From a virus (Duplodnaviria; Caudoviricetes): a stretch of DNA of 24,753 nucleotides. Numbering within the stretch: position 1 is the stretch's first letter; every line of letters begins with the position of its first letter. Positions 1 to 5,615 of this stretch are shown in pieces. The stretch lies in the IMG/VR virus record IMGVR_UViG_3300020044_004283, positions 1 through 24,753 of that record; one strand, given 5' to 3'. A program made the translations under genes and the position numbers. Below the pieces are notes generated by a model, which made no database searches, was not told the origin of the DNA, and worked only from the letters and a program-made list of their open reading frames with translations.

Positions 1-1
1 T

Positions 2-70
2 AGTGAGTTGACCGGCGTGTCAATGGAAGATTTGATTGCAGACGACAATTCTGGAAAGGCAAGCCAATGA
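2..70 (+). CDS. 3' end of a small protein truncated by the window edge, possibly Cro/XRE-type HTH
   Basis: Frame reads SELTGVSMEDLIADDNSGKASQ*. Stop overlaps the next ATG (ATGA 67-70). ELTGVSMEDLI resembles the last helices of XRE/Cro HTH proteins. Confidence 0.45.
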   Translation, partial: SELTGVSMEDLIADDNSGKASQ

Positions 71-336
71 ACAAGAACAATGACGTCCCCTTGGATTTGA
101 TTCACCGAGCAGCTCAAATCTGGTGTGAGCCTCAACATGCTCACAAGGTAATGGACACCGACTTCGGTATGTCGATTGCAAAGGCTTTGCTTGAAGAACG
201 CGAAAAGTCCGCCTCACCTGATTTGTTGGAAGCGCTGCGTGCTGCAAAGACATGGCTTGAAGGATGGGCAAGTGCGGAGAGTGAACTCGCCATCATCGAT
301 GCCGCCATTTCCAAAGCAGAAGGCACAAGCCAATGA
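67..336 (+). CDS. Phage hypothetical protein (89 aa) with C-terminal (A/S)PDLLEAL...AAISKAEG motif
   Basis: ORF with ATGA coupling at both ends. The PDLLEAL...AAIxKAEG tail is common in phage early proteins. Confidence 0.8.
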   Translation: MNKNNDVPLDLIHRAAQIWCEPQHAHKVMDTDFGMSIAKALLEEREKSASPDLLEALRAAKTWLEGWASAESELAIIDAAISKAEGTSQ

Positions 337-690
337 CGCACACAAAATCAGTATTTGCAATAGCATGGGTAGATGAAGCAGTTGAGATGGTAAAGGCTGG
401 CATTTTTATTCCGACTGTTGCGGACCATTTCGGGGTTAAAAAAAACACTGTTTATACTCACCTCAAAAAACGTGGTGTCGAGTGGGATAGAAGGAAAGGT
501 CATCATTTACACCCTCGAACTTGTTCCATAGAGGTGTCCGGCTTCAAAATGGGATCATTGCGCCGCGTTGCTTGTTCTTTCACTGATGATCAAATTGCTG
601 CAATCAACCTGCTACGTAAAGCCAACGACATGTCCTTTTCTGCGCAAGTTCAAGCGCTGGTAGCATCGGCCATTTCCAAAGCAGAAGGCA
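304..690 (+). repeat. 22-bp exact direct repeat GCCATTTCCAAAGCAGAAGGCA at 304-325 and 669-690
   Basis: Read directly. Both copies encode AISKAEG at the 3' ends of two adjacent, otherwise unrelated genes. Confidence 0.95.
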
Positions 691-701
691 AGACACAATG
701 A
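333..701 (+). CDS. Putative DNA-binding protein, N-terminal HTH plus C-terminal ribbon-helix-helix-like region (122 aa)
   Basis: AVEMVKAGIFIPTVADHFGVKKNTVYTHLKK is HTH-like. RRVACSFTDDQIAAINLLRKANDMSFSAQVQALV has the beta-helix-helix pattern of RHH proteins. Confidence 0.65.
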   Translation: MTHTKSVFAIAWVDEAVEMVKAGIFIPTVADHFGVKKNTVYTHLKKRGVEWDRRKGHHLHPRTCSIEVSGFKMGSLRRVACSFTDDQIAAINLLRKANDMSFSAQVQALVASAISKAEGKTQ

Positions 702-997
702 CCCCGTTTTATGTTGGAATGAAAGTCGTGTGTGTGGATGATGACTGGCATACATTCGGAAACCCATCTCCCCAAGTTGGGAAACCAGTGAAAGGGGGTG
801 TTTATACAATTTCCCGAATAAACACAATAAAAGCAGCTCCTACTGGTATTACGTTATCTTTTGTTGGCTTGACTTTGCCTTTTTCATATTGCGCCACCGC
901 ATTTCGTCCAGTCGTTGAAAACAGCATGAAAGAACTTCGCTCCCTGCTTGTGCCGCTACCGTATGATGCAAAGAATAAAAAGCAGGTGTTAGCATGA
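698..997 (+). CDS. Phage hypothetical protein (99 aa), FxVGxKVVCVD family
   Basis: ORF coupled by ATGA overlaps. N-terminal FYVGMKVVCVDD and GGVYTI motifs recur in alphaproteobacterial phage early genes. Confidence 0.75.
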   Translation: MTPFYVGMKVVCVDDDWHTFGNPSPQVGKPVKGGVYTISRINTIKAAPTGITLSFVGLTLPFSYCATAFRPVVENSMKELRSLLVPLPYDAKNKKQVLA

Positions 998-1107
998 CAT
1001 TGACCTTAATCACACTGCTTTCGATCTACATCGGCTGGCGTTTGTTTATCCGCATGATTGCAAGAGACGTTGCAGATCATGAATACAATTTGCAGGAGTT
1101 CGCGTGA
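994..1107 (+). CDS. Small single-pass membrane protein, 37 aa (not in ORF track)
   Basis: MTLTLITLLSIYIGWRLFIRMIARDVADHEYNLQEFA*. Fills the gap exactly, with ATGA overlap upstream and TGATG overlap downstream. Confidence 0.7.
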   Translation: MTLTLITLLSIYIGWRLFIRMIARDVADHEYNLQEFA

Positions 1108-1331
1108 TGGAATGGCAACCTATTGAGACCGCACCGAAAGATGGAACGGAAATACTTCTTTTTGGTTCGCTCGAATCTTCTCCTAAAGCTATGCCTCATA
1201 TTGGTATGGAGATGATTTATTTTGGTTTTTTTGACAAAAAATCAGGGGCTTTTTATTCTGAAATCTTTGATGCTTGGTTTCCTAAGCCATCCCACTGGAT
1301 GCCGCTTCCAAACCCTCCGGTGCAATCATGA
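1107..1331 (+). CDS. DUF551-like phage protein
   Basis: MEWQPIETAPKDGTEILL...PSHWMPLPNPP signature. GGAG RBS just upstream. Confidence 0.88.
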   Translation: MEWQPIETAPKDGTEILLFGSLESSPKAMPHIGMEMIYFGFFDKKSGAFYSEIFDAWFPKPSHWMPLPNPPVQS

Positions 1332-1441
1332 CCATCGAAGCCCTTCGCAATCTCCCCGCTCAAGACGCGATTATCATTCTCACCGCTGCTTACTTGTCCG
1401 GGATTATTGCCCTCGCGTTTATCCTATGGAGGCGCAAGTGA
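1328..1441 (+). CDS. Small single-pass membrane protein, 37 aa (not in ORF track)
   Basis: MTIEALRNLPAQDAIIILTAAYLSGIIALAFILWRRK*: hydrophobic helix followed by WRRK. ATGA/GTGA overlaps at both ends. Confidence 0.72.
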   Translation: MTIEALRNLPAQDAIIILTAAYLSGIIALAFILWRRK

Positions 1442-2160
1442 TTGACCTTTCACAAATCACCGCAGCCAAGCGCATTGAAGTCATTGGCGACTGCATCATG
1501 ATCGAGGGCGATTGCCTCACTATCATGCCGCAGATTGGCAAGGTTGATGCAGTGGTGACGGACCCGCCATATGGGATGAAATGGGACGGGAAAGTCACTG
1601 TTGGAAAGGGTGGGCACGGGAAATCAGGATCGAAGGCGCTGCACTACGGCAAAACCATTCTAAATGATGATCGCCCTTTCAATCCAGAACCTTTTGAACA
1701 CATAGAAAATCGCCTTTTCTGGGGGTTCAATCATTTTCCACAGGCGCTTAAACGCGGGCGTGCCCTTGTCTGGATCAAGCGTTCTGACGAGGCTTTCGGG
1801 TCGTTTTTGAGTGACGCTGAATTAGCATGGTGTTCATCCGGTCACGGGGTTTACTGTTTCCGCGATCAATCTCTGATGGGTGAAACGAAAGACAGGGCGC
1901 ATCCTACCCAAAAGCCTGTTCCGTTGATGCGTTGGTGCATTGAACAGTTTCCAAAAGCCCAAACCATCCTCGATCCCTTCATGGGCAGCGGCACAACCGG
2001 CGTTGCCTGTGTCAAAACAGGCCGCAAGTTCATCGGCATTGAGTTGGACCCTGACTATTTCGAGATTGCCTGCAAGCGCGTTCGCGAAGCCTATGCTCAA
2101 CCGGATATGTTTATCGCAGACAAGCCAAAGCCCGCAGTGCAGGAAGGGTTTGCGCTATGA
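1438..2160 (+). CDS. Beta-class N6-adenine/N4-cytosine DNA methyltransferase (about 240 aa, GTG start)
   Basis: Catalytic TDPPYG precedes HPTQKP and the SAM-binding LDPFMGSGTTG...FIGIE. GGAGG at 1428-1432 supports GTG 1438 rather than the ORF-track start 1222. Confidence 0.93.
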   Translation: MIDLSQITAAKRIEVIGDCIMIEGDCLTIMPQIGKVDAVVTDPPYGMKWDGKVTVGKGGHGKSGSKALHYGKTILNDDRPFNPEPFEHIENRLFWGFNHFPQALKRGRALVWIKRSDEAFGSFLSDAELAWCSSGHGVYCFRDQSLMGETKDRAHPTQKPVPLMRWCIEQFPKAQTILDPFMGSGTTGVACVKTGRKFIGIELDPDYFEIACKRVREAYAQPDMFIADKPKPAVQEGFAL

Positions 2161-2222
2161 GCATACCCCGTTACAATCCAAGGCGTGATGCGTATGCAAA
2201 GCGGATAGGGGCAGCAACATGA
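2157..2222 (+). pseudogene. 21-codon remnant duplicating the N-terminus of the nuclease gene at 2974
   Basis: MSIPRYNPRRDA... versus MAIPRHNPKRDA.... Coupled by ATGA overlaps to both neighbouring methyltransferase genes. Confidence 0.7.
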
Positions 2223-2974
2223 AAAAATTGCGCGTCCTCGATCTTTTCAGCGGAATAGGCGGCTTCTCACTTGGCTTAGAGCGCACGGGCGGTTTTGAAA
2301 CGGTGGCTTTCTGCGAGATTGAAGAGTTTCCCCGCCGCGTATTGGCAAAACATTGGCCTGAGGTTCCACAATATCATGACGTTCGAGAACTCACAGCAGC
2401 AAGACTTGCTGCCGATGGAATTGGCGTGGACGCCATCACAGCCGGATTCCCTTGTCAAGATATCAGCGCGTCAGGCATCCAGGCTGGCATTGGCGAGGAT
2501 ACACGAAGCGGCCTTTACCGGCAGGCTCTTAGGCTTGTTGATGAAATACGGCCATCATTTGCAGTTTTTGAAAACGTCACACGGCTTCTCAGCGGACCAA
2601 AAGACGCGCCTGGTGAATGGTTCTGGCAATTTCTCAGCGACTTGGCCTCGATCCGGTATGATGCAGAGTGGCACTGTATTACCGCTGCCAGCATTGGAGC
2701 GCCGCACGAGCGCGACCGAATCTGGATTATTGCCTACCCCAACGAAGCACAACTCGAAAGAGGGGGCATATCCCGCAGAATATACCAGGAACACGCCAAC
2801 GTTAGCGACACATGCTGGGGGCAAGATAAACCCGGAGTGGTCAGAACACTTGATGGGATTCCCTCTCAAATGGACAGAGTTGGAGCCTTGGGGAATTCAG
2901 TAGTGCCAGCCATTCCCAAACTCATTGGAAACGCTATCCTTGACGCAATCAAGCACGAGAGGGCGACAGCATAA
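2219..2974 (+). CDS. C5 cytosine DNA methyltransferase, large (alpha) polypeptide with motifs I-VIII and X
   Basis: DLFSGIGG (I), GFPCQD (IV), FENV (VI), ERDRIWII (VIII), LGNSVVP (X). Short at 251 aa, with no motif IX or TRD in this frame. Confidence 0.93.
   Translation: MKKLRVLDLFSGIGGFSLGLERTGGFETVAFCEIEEFPRRVLAKHWPEVPQYHDVRELTAARLAADGIGVDAITAGFPCQDISASGIQAGIGEDTRSGLYRQALRLVDEIRPSFAVFENVTRLLSGPKDAPGEWFWQFLSDLASIRYDAEWHCITAASIGAPHERDRIWIIAYPNEAQLERGGISRRIYQEHANVSDTCWGQDKPGVVRTLDGIPSQMDRVGALGNSVVPAIPKLIGNAILDAIKHERATA
2376..2903 (+). CDS. Probable small (beta) polypeptide of the C5 methyltransferase, nested in the +1 frame and carrying motif IX
   Basis: Open +1 frame 2295-2903 ending GLLPTPT...INPEWSEHLMGFPLKWT, which is motif IX-like. 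ATG 2376 is preceded by GAGG at 2360-2363; the start is uncertain. Confidence 0.72.
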   Translation: MTFENSQQQDLLPMELAWTPSQPDSLVKISARQASRLALARIHEAAFTGRLLGLLMKYGHHLQFLKTSHGFSADQKTRLVNGSGNFSATWPRSGMMQSGTVLPLPALERRTSATESGLLPTPTKHNSKEGAYPAEYTRNTPTLATHAGGKINPEWSEHLMGFPLKWTELEPWGIQ

Positions 2975-3279
2975 TGGCAATACCACGACACAATCCAAAG
3001 CGCGATGCATCCGAACCTGAGATCGTCAACACATTGCAATCGCTTGGATGCACTGTTGAACGCATGGATAGGCCCTGTGATCTTTTGGTTGGATATCGCG
3101 GCGTCAACTACCTTATCGAAGCTAAAACGGCAGGGACACAATACGGCAAGAAGCTGAACGACGCGCAACAGAAATTCAATGACGGATGGCGCGGCTCAAA
3201 GATCATCATCCTGCATTCAAGCGTTGATGCGATGGACTGGTTTGTCTCACTAAAGAACGAAAGGCAGGCAGCAGCATGA
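2974..3279 (+). CDS. VRR-NUC-like PD-(D/E)xK endonuclease / resolvase-like protein
   Basis: KRDASEPEIVNTL...DLLVGYRGVNYLIEAK...KLNDAQQKF pattern. Confidence 0.85.
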   Translation: MAIPRHNPKRDASEPEIVNTLQSLGCTVERMDRPCDLLVGYRGVNYLIEAKTAGTQYGKKLNDAQQKFNDGWRGSKIIILHSSVDAMDWFVSLKNERQAAA

Positions 3280-3488
3280 CAAGCGAAGATCAAATCATTT
3301 CACTTTGGCGTCAAGGGCATAACACTCATGAAATTGCAAATCGAATCTCTGCAATTTCCGGCAAGCCAATCCGCGAAAATGAGGTCCACAAGATCATCAT
3401 AGCCGAACGCAATGAACGCAAATCGCGTCTTGGCTTTACCACAATTAATGGAGGTCGGAATGCCGCGAACAGTCAAGCCAATCGTTGA
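3276..3488 (+). CDS. Small HTH protein (70 aa)
   Basis: IISLWRQGHNTHEIANRIS...ENEVHKII is HTH-like. ATGA-coupled. Confidence 0.7.
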   Translation: MTSEDQIISLWRQGHNTHEIANRISAISGKPIRENEVHKIIIAERNERKSRLGFTTINGGRNAANSQANR

Positions 3489-3864
3489 GCAAGAGCCTGA
3501 ACGGTTTTCGGAGTTTTGGGCTTTATGGCGTCCATACCAAAGAAGCACAGACGGGCGTGGGAAAGCGCGTCCTGCATATCAAAAGCTGATGTTGCAGGGC
3601 GCATTGCCACAAGACATCATTGACGGCGCTGTCTGGTATCTGCGCAATCTCAAGGAACGGGATCGAGAATATATCCCGCTTGCAGCTTCATGGCTCAATA
3701 GTGAACGATGGGCCGACGATTGCGAGTTGGAACGCTCATTCCAAGCCAAGCAAGCACAACGTGCTGTAGAGGCTTCCAAGCCCGTTTCTGCGGTAAAACC
3801 ACAATTGCCAGCCAATCATTTCACAAAATTGTGGGAACGCGGCGAAGTTCAAGGGAGTGCATGA
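3460..3864 (+). CDS. Phage replication-protein C-terminal-like domain (134 aa)
   Basis: FSEFWALW...GKARPAYQKL...YIPLAASWLNSERWAD resembles the FxxFWxxY / YIPxPxTWLNxxRWxD domain of phage initiators. GGAGG RBS supports ATG 3460. Confidence 0.75.
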   Translation: MPRTVKPIVEQEPERFSEFWALWRPYQRSTDGRGKARPAYQKLMLQGALPQDIIDGAVWYLRNLKERDREYIPLAASWLNSERWADDCELERSFQAKQAQRAVEASKPVSAVKPQLPANHFTKLWERGEVQGSA

Positions 3865-4385
3865 TGGCTTACGTTCAAGAAAGACAATTCAAGTCATCCT
3901 TTGACATGCTGGCAAGCGCCAAGGCCGTAAGAAATAGGCTATGGACAAAACCAAAACCAGTTGTCAGTCCGGTTATTACAGCGCCGGTCCAAAAGCAGAA
4001 ATCTGAAATAGTTTGGCTTTATGATCAGAATGAACACGTTGTTGCTTACTATCGGCATGCCACAAATTCAAATTGGGTAGCATCCGCTATATCTGTTGAA
4101 AAGATTATCAAGAAGGTGTCAGCATATTTTGACATAAGCGAGATTGACCTAAAATCAGCAAGGCGCACCCGATCAATCGCAAGGCCGCGCCAAGTCGCGA
4201 TGTATCTGTCGAAGGTACTGACAATGCGGTCATTGCCTGAAATCGGCCGGCGCTTCAATGGGCGCGACCATACCACGGTCTTACACTCCATTAGAACGAT
4301 AACCGAACTGAAAGAAACCGATCCGGTGATTGCCAAGGCAATTACGGAATTGACAAAGATGATCAACGGGGAGGCGATGCGATGA
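3864..4385 (+). CDS. DnaA domain IV (Bac_DnaA_C HTH)-containing phage protein
   Basis: RRTRSIARPRQVAMYLSKVLTMRSLPEIGRRFNGRDHTTVLHS is the DnaA domain IV signature. No AAA+ domain. GGGAG RBS before ATG 3861/3864. Confidence 0.9.
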   Translation: MAYVQERQFKSSFDMLASAKAVRNRLWTKPKPVVSPVITAPVQKQKSEIVWLYDQNEHVVAYYRHATNSNWVASAISVEKIIKKVSAYFDISEIDLKSARRTRSIARPRQVAMYLSKVLTMRSLPEIGRRFNGRDHTTVLHSIRTITELKETDPVIAKAITELTKMINGEAMR

Positions 4386-4421
4386 AAATCAGTTCGATCT
4401 TGTTGGCCCTTGGATAGAATT

Positions 4422-4577
4422 ATGACATACAATAGCCACTGGCAATTTTTGAAAGCTAACAAAGTTCATTTTGAGAATGGGGGCATTCACATATTTACTA
4501 TCTGGAAAGCAGTTGAAAACAACCACTGTCGCATTGGCAAGATCACCATGAAGAAATCATCCGGCTTTGTTGACTAA
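4422..4577 (+). CDS. Possible 51-aa hypothetical protein
   Basis: MTYNSHWQFLKANKVHFENGGIHIFTIWKAVENNHCRIGKITMKKSSGFVD* fills the gap. Weak RBS, no recognisable motif. Confidence 0.35.
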   Translation: MTYNSHWQFLKANKVHFENGGIHIFTIWKAVENNHCRIGKITMKKSSGFVD

Positions 4578-4658
4578 TCATGCAAAACGCATATGATGCT
4601 TGTCTATAGGTTCAAGGCGCAAAAGCCTTACTTCATTCGAAAACAATAAGGCGAGACA

Positions 4659-4958
4659 ATGTTTGAATATGCAATAAGCGCAGGGGAAGGCACGTTGATC
4701 GATTATGGGATTGTAAACCGCGCGGGGACTGGCGTTGGAAGTTACATTTGGTTTCGAGATGTCATTCGCGGCTATAAGGAATTTGAAGCGCAGCCAAATG
4801 GCGACATGGCAGCCTTCGATTCCAGACAAAAACCTTGGGGTAGCGATAAGGCTGTATATTTTCGCGCCATTTCTCCTGACTGCACTACAGGACAACAATC
4901 AATCAGGCCAAGGCTTCAAGCCTCGCATAAGGGCAGCAACGGCAAGAGCAACGGTTAA
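4659..4958 (+). CDS. Hypothetical protein (99 aa)
   Basis: ORF with a weak AAGG/GAG RBS. Overlaps the convergent HTH gene by 60 bp. No recognisable motif. Confidence 0.4.
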   Translation: MFEYAISAGEGTLIDYGIVNRAGTGVGSYIWFRDVIRGYKEFEAQPNGDMAAFDSRQKPWGSDKAVYFRAISPDCTTGQQSIRPRLQASHKGSNGKSNG

Positions 4959-5084
4959 GGGAACGGGGTATTTACCGCTTGCATATGCAGTTCCCGTATT
5001 CAAGGCGATGCCAAGGGCGCGGCAAAAAGCAGCCCGACTAAGGCCAAGATGCTTATGCGCGGTGATGAATTCGGCGGGGGTCAT
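4899..5084 (-). CDS. XRE-family HTH protein (61 aa)
   Basis: MTPAEFITAHKHLGLSRAAFCRALGIALNTGTAYASGKYPVP matches the MTPxEF...LGLS...LG...YxxG..P.P XRE pattern. Confidence 0.85.
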   Translation of the reverse strand: MTPAEFITAHKHLGLSRAAFCRALGIALNTGTAYASGKYPVPLTVALAVAALMRGLKPWPD

Positions 5085-5321
5085 TTACACCCCCGACTCT
5101 TTGACCATTTTCGCAATTTTGTCGAACCTTACCCAGTGTACTCTTGGGTTAAGTGTAGACCACTTGTAACCCTTCCCTGATTTGTTCATTGCGCCTCTAA
5201 CTGAAATTTGGACGAAAGTGTCAACTTTAACATACGAATAAACTTCAGGTTCGAGCGCTGTGTTGTATGTTTCAACCCGAACATTGAATTCATTAAGGCG
5301 GGTGATTGTTGTCTTGGTCAT
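5085..5321 (-). CDS. Small basic hypothetical protein (78 aa), first gene of the - strand operon
   Basis: Strong RBS AAAGGAG upstream of ATG at 5321. Its TAA abuts the HTH gene's ATG. Confidence 0.8.
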   Translation of the reverse strand: MTKTTITRLNEFNVRVETYNTALEPEVYSYVKVDTFVQISVRGAMNKSGKGYKWSTLNPRVHWVRFDKIAKMVKESGV

Positions 5322-5348
5322 TTCCGTATCTCCTTTGTTGATGTCCCT

Positions 5349-5376
5349 ACTATATCGCAATATTGCGACGTGTCAA
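5349..5376 (-). promoter_or_regulatory. Sigma70-type promoter for the - strand operon
   Basis: TTGACA (5376-5371), 16-bp spacer, TATAGT (5354-5349), directly upstream of the RBS. Confidence 0.75.
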
Positions 5377-5441
5377 CAGGGTATTTGCAAGAAATATCGC
5401 AATAATGAAAAAAAATGCGGGGTTATATCGCAATGGTGCTA
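5352..5441. promoter_or_regulatory. Three operator-like sites
   Basis: Perfect palindrome TCGCAATATTGCGA at 5355-5368. Two 11/14 matches at 5397-5410 and 5428-5441. All three share ATATCGCAAT. Confidence 0.75.
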
Positions 5442-5446
5442 TCGGC

Positions 5447-5475
5447 TTGCTTTTTGATGGATCAAATGCTAGATT
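5447..5475 (+). promoter_or_regulatory. Candidate late-operon promoter
   Basis: TTGCTT-N17-TAGATT with an extended -10 TG, upstream of the terS region. Confidence 0.55.
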
Positions 5476-5498
5476 AGCAGGATAACAAAGGGTAACCC

Positions 5499-5615
5499 AT
5501 GTTCTCAATTATATCTGGTTTTTCGCAACTATCGGCAATACGAGCACAAGAGCTGTATAATGCCCGCCGCGTACCCCGCCGCTGGAAATGCGGCCCTTGG
5601 ATATGGATCGCTTAA
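5499..5615 (+). CDS. Possible 38-aa peptide preceding terS
   Basis: MFSIISGFSQLSAIRAQELYNARRVPRRWKCGPWIWIA*. AAAGGG upstream; TAA directly abuts the terS GTG. Confidence 0.4.
   Translation: MFSIISGFSQLSAIRAQELYNARRVPRRWKCGPWIWIA

Noticed and set aside
1222-1437. ORF-track N-terminal extension of the amino-methyltransferase (312 aa)
   Set aside because: It overlaps DUF551 and a well-coupled small gene. GGAGG plus GTG at 1438 gives a normal-sized enzyme.
3708-3860. ORF-track N-terminal extension of the DnaA-IV protein, and a call of chromosomal dnaA
   Set aside because: The extension overlaps the upstream gene and the RBS supports 3861/3864. There is no AAA+ domain or dnaN context, so this is not dnaA.
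4735-5169. 144-aa + strand ORF
   Set aside because: Largely the antisense shadow of the HTH operon, with no RBS or motif.
5490-5498. Short inverted repeat GGGTAACCC
   Set aside because: Too short (4-bp arms), single copy and overlapping a putative RBS, so expected by chance.
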